Origin: an uncultured Actinomycetes bacterium
GTDB taxonomy: Bacteria; Actinomycetota; Thermoleophilia; RBG-16-64-13
Direction of reading: 5' to 3'
Assembly: GCA_963747275.1 (NCBI GenBank)
Contig: CAVVEI010000012.1
Coordinates: 86,388-150,387 of the forward strand
DNA: 64,000 nucleotides
Shown here: piece by piece, positions 31,701-42,182 of the stretch
Numbering within the stretch: position 1 is the first letter of the stretch
Layout of the letters: the number at the start of each line of letters is the position of its first letter
Program-made: the position numbers and the translations under genes
Notes under the pieces: generated by a model
What the model saw: the letters and a program-made list of their open reading frames with translations, nothing else
Told to the model about the DNA's origin: nothing
Database searches by the model: none

Positions 31701-32909
31701 GTGAGACGCCCGAAAACGCGGAATTTGTGGCTATTCTTGACCCTCACCGCGGTTGCGGTCGGCATTGTGGTGATGGGTGTGGGGACTGCTTTCGCCACCG
31801 TCCCCAACTACTATCTGACGGTCAGTCTCACGGTTCAGAACATGCCACCCGGCGTTGAGATCACAGACCTGTCTGCCCATCTCGTGGGATCCAATGGCGC
31901 GGACAGCGACTACTTCTTCAATGCATCCGGCCTGATAGGCCTCGGTGCCCTTGATCCAGGTACATATCAGGTCACTGGCATCAATTGCGACACTGACCCC
32001 TATGACTTCTATCCGCCGGTGTACAGCCCATCGAGTGGCCAGGTAACCCTGGACAGCGCTCAGCCCACGGGGACCATCGGCGTCACAGTCACGTGGGCTA
32101 TACCGACCGCCCGCTACCAACAGACTGACCCCAAGCTCGTCTATCTGGGCTCTTGGTCTAGTAGCGGTGACACCGGCTGGAAGGCCTCGGGCAACAGCTT
32201 TGCCTCCACCAGCAAGACCGGAGCGGCAGTCGTGGCCAAGTTCAGCGGCCCCGAGGTCAAGGTGGTCGCGAAGAAGTGCCCGTGGTACGGGCAGGCCGAG
32301 ATCAGCGTAGACGGCGGCTCTGCCCAGACTGTGGACCTCTACAGCTCTTCTCAACTCTGGAAGCAGACCGTCTACACCAAGACCGGTCTATCCACAGGTG
32401 AGCACACCCTCACCGTCAAGTGCTTGGGCACCAAGAGCACTGCCTCCTCAGGCGTCTCGGTCTGTCTGGACGCCTTGGACATCACGGGCAGCCTGGTACA
32501 GGCTCCCAAGACCAGCCGCATCCAAGAGACCGACGCCAAGTGCGCCTATGTGGGTGCCTGGACCTCGAGCGGTGACACCCGCTGGCTGGCGTCAGGCAAC
32601 AGCTTCAAGTCCACCGACGCGGCTGACGGCAAGGTGACCGTGACCTTCAAGGGCACCTATCTGTCTTGGTTATCTCGCAGCACCCCGTGGTACGGACGCG
32701 CCAAGGTCACCGTGGACGGCAACACCGCCCAGGCCAAGATCGTAGATCTCTACAGTGCCAGCACCACCTGGAAGAAGGCCGTCTTCAACACCGGGCTTCT
32801 GTCTGACGGCACACACACCGTGGTGATAGAGCGCCTGGGAACCAAGTATGGAACCTCCTGGGGTACCGCCGTCGCGGTTGATGCTTTTGACTTGGTGTTG
32901 ACGCCGTAG
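31701..32909 (+). CDS. Secreted/surface protein with two tandem beta-sandwich repeats
   Basis: Signal peptide ending AFA. Two ~130-aa repeats (RxQxTD..YxGxWxSSGDTxWxASGNSF..PWYGxA.xxVDG..VDLYS..WK..V..TGL..GxHT). Start could be 31635. Confidence 0.75.
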   Translation: MRRPKTRNLWLFLTLTAVAVGIVVMGVGTAFATVPNYYLTVSLTVQNMPPGVEITDLSAHLVGSNGADSDYFFNASGLIGLGALDPGTYQVTGINCDTDPYDFYPPVYSPSSGQVTLDSAQPTGTIGVTVTWAIPTARYQQTDPKLVYLGSWSSSGDTGWKASGNSFASTSKTGAAVVAKFSGPEVKVVAKKCPWYGQAEISVDGGSAQTVDLYSSSQLWKQTVYTKTGLSTGEHTLTVKCLGTKSTASSGVSVCLDALDITGSLVQAPKTSRIQETDAKCAYVGAWTSSGDTRWLASGNSFKSTDAADGKVTVTFKGTYLSWLSRSTPWYGRAKVTVDGNTAQAKIVDLYSASTTWKKAVFNTGLLSDGTHTVVIERLGTKYGTSWGTAVAVDAFDLVLTP

Positions 32910-32940
32910 AACGATCACCGATGGTAACTCGAAGGACTCT

Positions 32941-32966
32941 GGGGCGCCGCAAGGCGCCCCTCTCTT
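32941..32966 (+). terminator. Rho-independent terminator
   Basis: GGGGCGCC-GCAA-GGCGCCCC followed by TCTCTT. Confidence 0.65.
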
Positions 32967-33112
32967 ATCGCAGGCTCTAATACTTGCAGTCTCTGGTCTG
33001 AGCGCAACCCGCTTGTGTCGTGCCGGCCTCCTAGGTCCAACGTCTTACGCGATCCAGGGAGGAGCCGCGCCATCATCTGACCAGTTATGAGAATACAGAC
33101 TCAAACGGGCTC

Positions 33113-33228
33113 ATGATGAAAGTGCGCGGACCGGAACTGTTACCATAGCCGGCAAGCCCAGTCAGGACGTGCCTCCCGGTACACTCGGCAGTGTGTTTGA
33201 GCAGGCTGGTCTCAATAGACAGGAGTGA
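33113..33228 (+). pseudogene. hicA: Internally deleted hicA remnant
   Basis: MMKVR start joined out of frame to GTVTIAGKPSQDVPPGTLGSVFEQAGL; the GSH core is absent; sits directly before hicB. Confidence 0.72.
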
Positions 33229-33231
33229 AGT

Positions 33232-33450
33232 GTGATGCGCTACCTAGTCGTGGTTGAGAAGGGGCCTACCTCATACGGAGCCCATGTTCCCGATCTCCCC
33301 GGCTGTATCGCGGTTGGTGACACCGAAGAAGAGGCGCTACAGCTCATCCGCGAGGCAATCGAACTCCACTTGGCTGATATGCGACGGACCGGGCAACCCA
33401 TCCCGAATCCGTCGTCGACCGGCCGATTCGTCCAAGTCGTAGCCGCCTAG
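33232..33450 (+). CDS. hicB: Short HicB family antitoxin
   Basis: YLVVVEKGPTSYGAHVPDLPGCIAVGDTEEEALQLIREAIELHL..GQPIPNP. Confidence 0.9.
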   Translation: MMRYLVVVEKGPTSYGAHVPDLPGCIAVGDTEEEALQLIREAIELHLADMRRTGQPIPNPSSTGRFVQVVAA

Positions 33451-33474
33451 CCTCGGGTCCGCGTACGTAGACCC

Positions 33475-34198
33475 ATGCCCGCTGACCTGAGCATACGCCC
33501 CGCGAGCGAGGCCGACCTCCCCGCTCTGGCCCAGCTCGAACTGGGGGTCTGGCAAGACAGCGCGGCCGGCGAGGACATGCTGCGTGCGCGGCTGGACAAT
33601 GCTCCCGGCTGCACACTGGTCGCCGTCGACTCCAAGGGGACCTTCTGGGGAACGAGTTCTTTCTGCTTCTTGGACTACGACGCCTTCGCCGCCCAGGGCC
33701 GGGTCACCTGGTACGACCTCACCGGCGACGGGACAGCCAGTACCCACGATCCCAAGGGTCTGCGACCTCTTCGGCATCAATCTCGGGGTGCTGGCAGGAG
33801 CACCCAAGGGCACCTCGGTCGCGCTGCTCTCAGAGGTGGCCAGACGAGGTCTCAGACACGGGGTGCGACGCCTACTGCTGGGTTCGCGCATGCCCGGATA
33901 TCACAAGTACGCGGACACGATGACCGCGGAGGAGTACGTCGCCGCCCGCCGGCCCAATGGCGCGGTGCTCGACCCGGAGCTGAGGTACTACCAGTCGCTG
34001 GGCTTGAAGCCGCTAAGCGTGGTCGAGGACTATTTCCGCGACCCTCCCAGCTGCGACTGGGGAGTGGTGGTAGAGTTCGCGAGCCCTTTCCGCCACCCGT
34101 TGCTGCGCCCCTTGGGCAAGGCCCTCGCCATGCTGCCCATCGACGCCTCGCGGATGGTCTCGCTGCTCACCGGCCGCTCCAGCGCGCTCACTGCCTGA
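33475..34198 (+). CDS. GNAT-like acetyltransferase (frameshift near 33760)
   Basis: IRPASEADL..WYDLTGDG..HDPKG, then GSRMPGYHKY..MTAEEYV..DPELRYY..GLK..YF.D. Confidence 0.72.
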
Positions 34199-35039
34199 GC
34201 GGCGCTTCCACGGTCTCGCGGCAGACCTCGGCCACGGTCGAACTCAGCTCGCTCGGCAGCGAATCCGAGACGCACGCGCACAAGATGGTGGTCGGTGACT
34301 TCTCCACCGAGCTCGACCTGGTGTGGCCGATGTAGGCGATCTGGAAGCCTTGGGCCGCGATCAGGTCGCCGAATTCGGGGAGGCTCCACTCCCGGATGTG
34401 GTAGGTGTTCGGTGGAGGGCCCATGTGTTCGGCTCCCCGCACCTTCACTCGGTCGGGTGTAGATATCACTGCCACGCTCGCCTTCTGCAGCAACTGAAGT
34501 ATCAGCGCCAGCAACCCCAAGGGCTTGGTCAGGTGTTCGATCACGTCTGCACACACGATCGTCGCCCCCTGCACCAGGGCCGGATCCAGGCGCACGCTGC
34601 TGGCTTTGTCAAAGTCGGCCTCAAGCCAGGTGCCACTGTCGTAGCTCGACCGGCAATGCGCGATGTTGTCGCCGAAGTCGACTCCCACTGTCTGAAAGCG
34701 GTCGGAGAGCGCATGCAGCTTCACACCGCGGCCACAACCCAGGTCGATGATGGTCTTGCTGCCCAGCACCGCCGCCGCCCTCTCCGCCGCGGCGTACACA
34801 TCCGGTTGCGTCACCACGTCGGCGTCTGAGGTGTGCTGCGGAACGCAGTAGTAGACGCGACGGCGATAGACGTAGCCTGAGGGTAAGAACAGAGGAGTGC
34901 TGCCATCCCGGCGAGGCCGGACCGTCTGAAGGTCTGTGGCCTGCCTCAGACGTCTGCGCACAGATCGAACCAGCCGGACGACCGGCAGTAGGGTCACACG
35001 TAAGACGGGGTTTGCCGCAAGCCTTTCACGCAGACCCAT
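34188..35039 (-). CDS. Class I SAM-dependent methyltransferase
   Basis: IIDLGCGRG motif I, ADVIEHL, ISTP, HIREWS. Confidence 0.85.
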   Translation of the reverse strand: MGLRERLAANPVLRVTLLPVVRLVRSVRRRLRQATDLQTVRPRRDGSTPLFLPSGYVYRRRVYYCVPQHTSDADVVTQPDVYAAAERAAAVLGSKTIIDLGCGRGVKLHALSDRFQTVGVDFGDNIAHCRSSYDSGTWLEADFDKASSVRLDPALVQGATIVCADVIEHLTKPLGLLALILQLLQKASVAVISTPDRVKVRGAEHMGPPPNTYHIREWSLPEFGDLIAAQGFQIAYIGHTRSSSVEKSPTTILCACVSDSLPSELSSTVAEVCRETVEAPLRQ

Positions 35040-35068
35040 GCACGGCACTCCTCTGCTCTATGCGTCGG

Positions 35069-35555
35069 CTAGATGAACAGGTTGACGTTGGCCTCGTCGG
35101 CCACGGCCAGGTAACCGGCCACACCCATGAAGTCCACGCCGTCGAGCAGCTCTTCTTTCCTGAAGCCCAAGATGTCCATCGTCAGTGTACAGGCTACCAG
35201 TTTGACCCCTTGCTCCTTGGGCGCTCGTCGATGAGCTCCTCGAGCGACATCGCGTTAACGCTTCTTCATGCACACCTTCATAAGCCGCACGCCGATGCCA
35301 CAGAAGTTCATCTTGGAGAGACCCAGCTTGCCGGTGCCCTTGTGCATCATCATGCCGAACATCTTCTGCAAGTAGGCTCTTGCCCTTGGTCTCTGACCTT
35401 CTTGGGCCTTGCGCAGCAGGTTGAGACCCCAGAAGGTGAAGAAGATGGTCACCTCGTCACCCATGGCGGCGGCGCCGTTGGCGATGATGAAGAGCGGCCA
35501 TCGCTTGGTCGAAGTCGTCGCTGAACAGGATGATGGTCTTCTTGTTGGTACTCAC
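35069..35555 (-). CDS. DsrE2/DrsH-like sulfurtransferase (frameshifted)
   Basis: KKTIILFSDDFD, IANGAAAMGDEVTIFFTFWGLNLLRK, LSKMNF.G.G, LVACTLTMDILG, NVNLFI; AAAGGAG RBS before GTG at 35555. Confidence 0.82.
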
Positions 35556-35572
35556 TTCTCTACTCCTTTGCT

Positions 35573-36702
35573 TCACTCACGGGCAAGGGCACGATCTTTT
35601 GACGCAAGCACTGAGAAGTACATGGCCAGCGGACGGTAGGCCATGTGCGACCACTTGCTGAAGGGCACCTCAAGGCCCAACATCGGCACCACCGCCATCA
35701 GGTGGACAACGTACGAGACGTTGGCGGCCACGTCGGCGCCCACCCGGTGCAGCACGTGCTGCAGCACGCCGGTGGCGGCGACGATTATGAGCAGCACCAG
35801 GAACATCCAGTCGGTCTCGTGGGAGTGCTTGTAGTGCTCCTCCACCTTCTTGATGCGCCCACGCAGGGCCCAGATAGTCGCGCCCAGCAGGCCCGCGCTG
35901 GCCAAGTAGCCGAACGCGTGCACCCACCAGTCGATGGCCGGACCGGCCCACATCCGCTTCAAGAAGAACATGATCAAGATGAGCATGGTCACGTAGCTCA
36001 GCATCAGCACCAGATGGATGACCCAGGGGCGCTTCTTGTCGCACTGGGCGTAGCGCTTCTGGGTGATGAAGTGCAGCGGGAACAGGTACACGCTCTTGAC
36101 GTAGGCAAGCAGCGGCAGCCGCGCCGTGCGGTCCTCTGCCCAGGGTGTCGCGCCCCACGGTGAACCACCACATGCGGCCGCAGTTGGGCAGCAAGAAGGC
36201 CAGCAGCACTCCGGCCAGTATCCAGTCGAAGATGTGGATGACCTCGGCGGGCAAGAAGGCGTTCTCGCCCGTGTACTGGTGGATATCACCGCCGAACACC
36301 CCGAAGAGAGTGAAGGCCACGCCCGTCAGCAGCGCCACCACGATGCACGGCCACGATCTCGGTCCAGGGGCGCCGGTAGAACATACGCCCTATGCCGGTG
36401 AAGTCATAGCGGGCGGTCAGCCAGCGGCGCAGGCTCATCATCGTCTCGCCCGGTTGGGCCTCCCGCGGGCACTCCACCGAACACTCGCCGCAGTAGTAGC
36501 AGAGCCAAGGCTCCAAGCTGCCCTCGAGCTTCTTCTCCATGCCCATCTGCAGGGCGTGCATGCACTTGCGCGGGAAGTTGTGCTCTTGGTCCACCAGCGA
36601 ACAGGTGGCAGTGCAGTTGCCGCAGTTGTAGCACTTCTGCACGTCCTCGGCCCCGTAGAGGGCGAGGTCGTCTATAAAGCTGGGGTTGACTCTGGTGGTC
36701 AT
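35573..36702 (-). CDS. QmoC-like protein: 2x[4Fe-4S] plus NarI/HdrE-like membrane domain (frameshifted)
   Basis: CYNCGNCTATC and WLCYYCGECSVECP, then TM helices with His residues, ending VPFSKWSHMAYRPLA. Confidence 0.8.
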
Positions 36703-36947
36703 GGCTCGTCTCTCTCTACGGCAGCGTAGCGGTAGTACCCCTCGTCGGTGACCTCTTTGTCTTCAAGCACATAGCCGTACTTACGCATGCCCATTACCCA
36801 GTAGGTCACTTCGTGGGACGGGCGGCCCAGAGCGGCCGCTATCTCAGGGATGGTGAGCGGCCCTTCCGCCAGCAGACCCAGGATGCGACCCCGCATCAGA
36901 TGCTCGTCGCGCACTATCTCGCGTATCTCCCGGTTGGCGCCTAACAT
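36699..36947 (-). CDS. Small winged-helix protein
   Basis: MLGANREIREIVRD..LAEGPLTIPEIAAALG..WVMGMRKYG; appears fused to HdrA in the track only because of the HdrA frameshift. Confidence 0.75.
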   Translation of the reverse strand: MLGANREIREIVRDEHLMRGRILGLLAEGPLTIPEIAAALGRPSHEVTYWVMGMRKYGYVLEDKEVTDEGYYRYAAVERDEP

Positions 36948-38747
36948 GTGGCCGGCTCCTCCACTAGGCCGTCGATCATGGCCCTTATCTGCGCGTCGGT
37001 GTAGCCCTCCAAGTCGATGGCGTCCACCGGGCAGACCGGTACGCAGCCGCCGCAGCCTTTGCAGGCCGCCTTGTCGATGAAGGCCACGGCCCGGCCGTCC
37101 GCCTCCACCTGTCGCGGCGCCTCGTACGGGCAGGCCGCCAGACAGAGGCCGCACCAAGTGCACTTGTCGGTATCCACGATGCCCACCAAGGGGTCGAGCT
37201 CGGCGAAGCCGCGCTTGAGGATAGAGGCGGCCTGAGTCACGGCCGCCAAGCCAGAGGCCACCGCCTCCGACGGAGTTCTTGGGACCCTGGCAGGCGCCGC
37301 AGATGTAGACGCCGTCCACCACCGTCTCCACCGGGCGCAGCTTCGGATGGATCTCGTTGTAGAAACCGGCCTTGGTCACGGGCAGCTTGAGGGTCTTGGT
37401 GAGCTGGTCGTTAGCGCGGGGCACCATGCCGGTGACGAGCACCACCAGGTCGGCGGGTATCTCCACCTCTTCGCCCTCACTCAAGAGATCGCGGGTGGTC
37501 ACCAGCAGCTTGCCGCTCTCTTCATCGCGCCGCACCTTCGGCAGCTCGTCATCTGGGACCTTGAGAAACACCGAGCCTTGGTCGAGCGCCTGGTCGTAGA
37601 GCAGCTCGTACTTGCCGTAGGTGCGTATGTCGCGGTGCAGGTGATACTGATGCACCTTGCCCGGCTTCGCCGACGCCTGCAGTGAGGCGTGTACGGCAGC
37701 AGTGCAACAGTAGCGCGAGCAGTACTCGTTGGGATTCTCGACCTCGCCCCGCTGCCGGCTGCCCACGCAGTAGATGTAGGCGACCGTTTGCACGGGCCGC
37801 CCGCCGTAGGCCAGCGGCCCCTCGCTCTCGTCGAGCAAACGCTTGAACTCAGGCAGGGTGAGCACGCCGTCCAGCCCGCGCCCCAACTCGCCCTCGCCGA
37901 CCTCGTACGCCTCGAAGCCCGTGGCGATGATCAGCGAGCCGGCCTGCACTTTGATGGTCTCGGGCTTGTCGCCCCCCACCCTTATGCTCACCTCATAGTT
38001 GCCGAAGGTGCCCGACTTCTCCACCACGTCGGCACCGGTGAACACGGTGATGCTCTTGTGGGCCCGCACCTTCTTCTCCAGACGGGCGATGAGTTCGCGG
38101 CCGTTCTTGCCGTGCGGGTACATCTCACCGAAGCCGGCCACCCAGCCGCCCAGCTTGACCTCCCGCTCCACCAAGAACACCGCGAGGCCGATCTCGGCCA
38201 GACCCAGCGCCGCCCTCAGACCGGTTATGCCGCCGCCCACCACGACCGCCTTGGGCACGGTCTCGACCACTATGGGCTCCAGCGGCACGGTCAGGCGCGT
38301 GCGTCCCACTCCGGCCTTGACCAACTGGGCGGCCTTCTTGGTGGCACCCTGGTGATCGTCGGTGTGGGTCCACGAGCACTGCTCGCGGATGTTCACCTGG
38401 GTGTACTGGAACGGGGAGAGGCCGGCCCGCTTGGCCACCTCGCGAAAGGTGAAGGTATGCAGCTTGGGTGAGCACGAGGCCACCACTATGCCGTCCAGCT
38501 TGTTCTCTTGGATATCGTCGATGATCTCCTGCTGGCTGGCGTCTGAGCAGGTGAACATGGCGGTCTTGGCCACCACCACCTCGGGGTCACCTTCCAGCGA
38601 GGCCACCACCTTGTCCACGTCGACGTAGTCGGAGATGTTGCCGCCGCAGTGGCAGACGTAGACGCCGATGCGCCGCTTGGTACCGGGTGTGGCGGGGGCG
38701 CCGGCCGCCGGGGCGCCCGCGCCGCTCTTGGCCGCCGCCGCGCTCAT
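36941..38747 (-). CDS. HdrA-like flavoprotein (frameshift near 37270)
   Basis: IGVYVCHCG, VASCSP, NIREQCSW, VVGGGITG, YCVGSR..YCSRYCC, GACQGPK, C-terminal 2x[4Fe-4S]. Confidence 0.88.
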
Positions 38748-41470
38748 GCCTTCACCTTGGCCTTCGCCTGGGCGGCCTTGGGCGCCGCGCCGGCCTTGGC
38801 CCGCTCGAGGTAGGCAGCCGCCTGCGCCACCGCGGCGCCGGCGTGGAGTATCGAGTCGGGTATGTCTCTGACCCCTGAGGCCGAACCGGCAACGTAGACC
38901 CCGGGGATGTTGGTGGCCGCCGGATCGAGGTCTTCCTCAGGCTCGCTCACGTACGCGTATTCGTCCAGAGCCAGCGCGCCCTCGGGGAACAGGGCCCCGG
39001 CCGTATCGTTGGGCCTCACTCCGACAGCCAGCACCACTAGGTCGTGCTCGGCCTCTGTCAAGCGTCCGCTCTCGATGTCCTCGTAGCGCAGCACCAGGTT
39101 GCCGTCCTCTTTCTCGGTGACCTCGGCCACGCGGCCCTTCACGAAGTTCGCACCCATGGCCTTGGCCTGCTCGTAGAACTCGTCGTAGCCCTTGCCGACC
39201 GCGCGCACGTCCATGTAGTAGACGGTCAGGTCGGCCAGTGGCAGCGCTCCCATGATCAGCTGGTTCTGCTTGATGGAGTACATGCAGCAGATGCGCGAGC
39301 AGAGGGGGTTACCGATGGTCTGGTCGCGCGAGCCGGTGCAGAGGATGTAGGCGATGTTGTCGGGCACCCTGCCGTCGCCCGGGCGGACCACCGCGTTGTA
39401 GGGGCGGGTAGGGGCCAGCAGGCGGTCCATCTGCATGCCGGTTATCACGTTCTTGTACTTGCCATAGCCGTACTGCGGTTTGAGGTCTGCGGGGAAGAGG
39501 GTGTAACCGGTGGCCACCACCACGGCGCCCGCCTCGGCCTCGAACTCCTCACCCTGCTCTTCCAAGTGGATGCACGAGGGCGGACAGACCTTGACGCACT
39601 CCTGACACTCCGAACAGACCCCGCAATCTAAGCAGCGGGCGGCGCTCTCAAGGGCTTGAGCTTCGGTCATGGTCTCTTCGTCGGGGTAGAACTCACCCGG
39701 CGCCAGCCTGCCGCCCTCTCGACCGGCGGCGGGTGCAAGCTCGCTGTATTCGCTCTGCCGCGCCAGCACCACGGCCTTGTCCACAGTCTCAGGTCCACCA
39801 TCGAACTCCGCCTGGTCGAGCGGCTCGCCCTGCAGCCAACGGTCGATCATGAACGCGGCCCGCCTGCCTTGGCCGGCGGCCGAGGTGATCATCGAGGGGC
39901 CCATCACCACGTCCCCGGCCGCGAACACGTGGGGCACACCGGTCTGCAGCGTGCCTGTATCCACCTGGATAGTGCCGTTGGGGTTGATGGGCAGACCGAA
40001 CTCGCCCGAGTCGGGCCTCATGCCCGCGGCCACAACCACCACGTCGCAGTCTATGCGGCCAGCGTTGCCGTCGTCGTAGCGTGGGTTGAAGCGGCCCTTG
40101 TCGTCGAAGACCGCCACACAGCGCATGAGTTCGATGGCTTGGACTGTCCCTTCGCCCACGAAGCGGCCCACACCACAAGAGTTGCGAAAGGTCACGCCCT
40201 CCGCTGTGCCATCGGCCACCTCTTGCGGATGTGCCGGCATCTCGTCCTCAGACTCTAGGGTGATAAGTTCCGCGGCCATGGCGCCATGCCGGAGGGCGGT
40301 GCGCCCCACGTCGATGGCCACGTTGCCACCGCCTATGACCACCACCTTCTTGCCCTCGACCTCCAGCGGCTCGCCCAGCTTGGCCGCCTTCAAGAAGTCG
40401 GCGGCGCGAGTCACACCGCGCAGACCTTCACCGGGCACTCGCAACTTGGTGGCTTGGTGGGTGCCTATGGCAAGCAGTATGGCGTCGTAGCCCTCGGCCT
40501 TGAGGCTGTCGAGGCTCTCCACCTTGACGTCAGTCACTATCTTGACGCCCGCGTCTGTGACGTTGGCCACGTCGTCGTCCACCACGTCGTTGGGCAACCG
40601 GAAAGGCGGCAGAGCCAAGCGCAGCATGCCGCCGGACTGCGAAGCGGCCTCGAGGATAGTCACCGCGTACCCCTTGCGGGCCAGGTGCCAGGCCGCCGTC
40701 AGACCGGCCGGTCCCGAGCCCACCACCGCCACCTTCTTGCCATTGGGCATAGCCACCTCTACGGGGGTGTGGCCCTTCGCGTAGTGCGTGTCGGCGATGA
40801 AGCGCTTTAGGCGCCTTATGGAGAGCGAGCCCTCCAACTCACCGCGCGTGCACTCCTCTTCGCAGGGCGCGTAACAGGCCCGCCCCAGGCTGCCCACCAG
40901 GGGAGTGGTGTCGCAGACCAGCTGAAAGGCCTTCTCGTATTCGCCGCGCCTGATCAGCGCCACGTAGCCGTGAGGCTTGATGCCCGCGGGGCAGGCCGAC
41001 ACACAAGGCGAAGTGCCCGCCCGCTCGATGACCGCCTTCTTGGGCACCGCTTGCGGGAAGGCGATGTAGGCCGCCCGGCGCGAGACCATGTCGGCGTTGA
41101 ACTCGTCGGGCACGGCCACGCTACAGGCCATCTCGCACTGTCTACAGCCCGTACAGGCGGCGATGTCTACGTAGCGAGCTTTCTTACGCACCTTGGCCAC
41201 GAAGCCGCCCCGGCCGTCCTCTTTGATGCCGTCCACCTCGCTGTAGGTGAGCACAGTCAGGTTGGGGTGATGGATGGTGGCCCCCATCTTGGGAGTAGAG
41301 ATGCAACTGGCGCAGTCCAGGGTGGGAAAGACTTTGGAGAGCAAGATCATCCTGCCGCCTACACTGCCCTCTTTCTCGACTAGCAGGACCTTGTAGCCCA
41401 TGTCGCCCAGCTTGAGGGCGGACTCCATGCCCCCGATACCGCCGCCGACCACCAAGGCATCGTACTTCAT
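38744..41470 (-). CDS. Large HdrA-like protein with inserted GltD/NfnB-like NAD(P)/FAD module (HdrL-like)
   Basis: VVGGGIGG..KVFPTLDCASCI; ferredoxin; PCVSACP, GRACYAPCEEEC, GSGPAG, GGGNVA, FAAGD; then LCTGSRD..CSRICCM. Confidence 0.88.
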   Translation of the reverse strand: MKYDALVVGGGIGGMESALKLGDMGYKVLLVEKEGSVGGRMILLSKVFPTLDCASCISTPKMGATIHHPNLTVLTYSEVDGIKEDGRGGFVAKVRKKARYVDIAACTGCRQCEMACSVAVPDEFNADMVSRRAAYIAFPQAVPKKAVIERAGTSPCVSACPAGIKPHGYVALIRRGEYEKAFQLVCDTTPLVGSLGRACYAPCEEECTRGELEGSLSIRRLKRFIADTHYAKGHTPVEVAMPNGKKVAVVGSGPAGLTAAWHLARKGYAVTILEAASQSGGMLRLALPPFRLPNDVVDDDVANVTDAGVKIVTDVKVESLDSLKAEGYDAILLAIGTHQATKLRVPGEGLRGVTRAADFLKAAKLGEPLEVEGKKVVVIGGGNVAIDVGRTALRHGAMAAELITLESEDEMPAHPQEVADGTAEGVTFRNSCGVGRFVGEGTVQAIELMRCVAVFDDKGRFNPRYDDGNAGRIDCDVVVVAAGMRPDSGEFGLPINPNGTIQVDTGTLQTGVPHVFAAGDVVMGPSMITSAAGQGRRAAFMIDRWLQGEPLDQAEFDGGPETVDKAVVLARQSEYSELAPAAGREGGRLAPGEFYPDEETMTEAQALESAARCLDCGVCSECQECVKVCPPSCIHLEEQGEEFEAEAGAVVVATGYTLFPADLKPQYGYGKYKNVITGMQMDRLLAPTRPYNAVVRPGDGRVPDNIAYILCTGSRDQTIGNPLCSRICCMYSIKQNQLIMGALPLADLTVYYMDVRAVGKGYDEFYEQAKAMGANFVKGRVAEVTEKEDGNLVLRYEDIESGRLTEAEHDLVVLAVGVRPNDTAGALFPEGALALDEYAYVSEPEEDLDPAATNIPGVYVAGSASGVRDIPDSILHAGAAVAQAAAYLERAKAGAAPKAAQAKAKVKA

Positions 41471-41898
41471 GCCGCCTCGACCTCCGAGGGCCGGGAGGGG
41501 CCCAATTCGACGAGCATCGCGGAGAACTCGCGCATGTAGTTGACGAAGGGGTCGGCGCACACCGAGCAGATGGCCGCCATCTTGACACGCTTGGGATCGT
41601 AGCCCTTGCCTTTGAGCAGCGACTGCGCGTCGCCTGAGATCTTGGAGGTACGCTCACTGCAGTCGGGCAAGAAGGCGCACTCCTCGCCGTCGGTCGCGAT
41701 GAACACCCCGTCGAACCCCCGCTCGATCGCATACACGATCCAGCTGGGCTTGATACCGCTGGTGCAGGGCATGCTGATTACCATCACCGTAGGCGAGTAG
41801 TGAAGATGCGAGCTACCGGCCAGGTCGATGCCCGGATCGGAGATGTTGTTGGTCGAGAAGACCAGGATCTTGGGGGCAAAGCCCTCGTTCTCGGGCAC
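41467..41898 (-). CDS. MvhD-like iron-sulfur subunit with atypical Cys pattern
   Basis: DLAGSSHLHYS..MPCTSGIKP.WI..AIERGFDGVFI..EC; C-terminal CSVC. Confidence 0.82.
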   Translation of the reverse strand: MPENEGFAPKILVFSTNNISDPGIDLAGSSHLHYSPTVMVISMPCTSGIKPSWIVYAIERGFDGVFIATDGEECAFLPDCSERTSKISGDAQSLLKGKGYDPKRVKMAAICSVCADPFVNYMREFSAMLVELGPSRPSEVEAA

Positions 41899-41913
41899 GT
41901 GAGCCTCCGCCGC

Positions 41914-42159
41914 CTACTTGACCCGCTTGACGAACAGCTTCAAATAGCCTGGCTCTTCGACCACGCCCAGGTACTCATGCCCCATCTTGTTGGCCCAAGC
42001 GGGCAGGTCCTTCTGCGTGCCGGAGTCGGTGGCCAGCACTTCCATTATCTCGCCTACTTTGACCTCGGCCATGCCCTTCTTGGCGGCCAGGATGGGTCCG
42101 GGGCACGAAGTGCCTCTGGCATCAACGACCTTCTGACCCTGCAGTGTGCTCAGATCCAC
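41914..42159 (-). CDS. tusA: TusA family sulfur carrier
   Basis: VDARGTSCPGPIL (CPxP), VLATD, DLPAW; AAGGAGG RBS before GTG at 42159. Confidence 0.9.
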   Translation of the reverse strand: MDLSTLQGQKVVDARGTSCPGPILAAKKGMAEVKVGEIMEVLATDSGTQKDLPAWANKMGHEYLGVVEEPGYLKLFVKRVK

Positions 42160-42182
42160 GACGTCTCCTCCTTGGTGTTTCG

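Noticed and set aside
36699-38747. HdrA-wHTH fusion (682-aa track ORF)
   Set aside because: Artefact of the frameshift near 37270; the HdrA ferredoxin C-terminus is in ORF 36941-37261.
35069-41898. Selenocysteine recoding in Hdr/MvhD genes
   Set aside because: No in-frame TGA at Cys positions was seen; the breaks are frameshifts.
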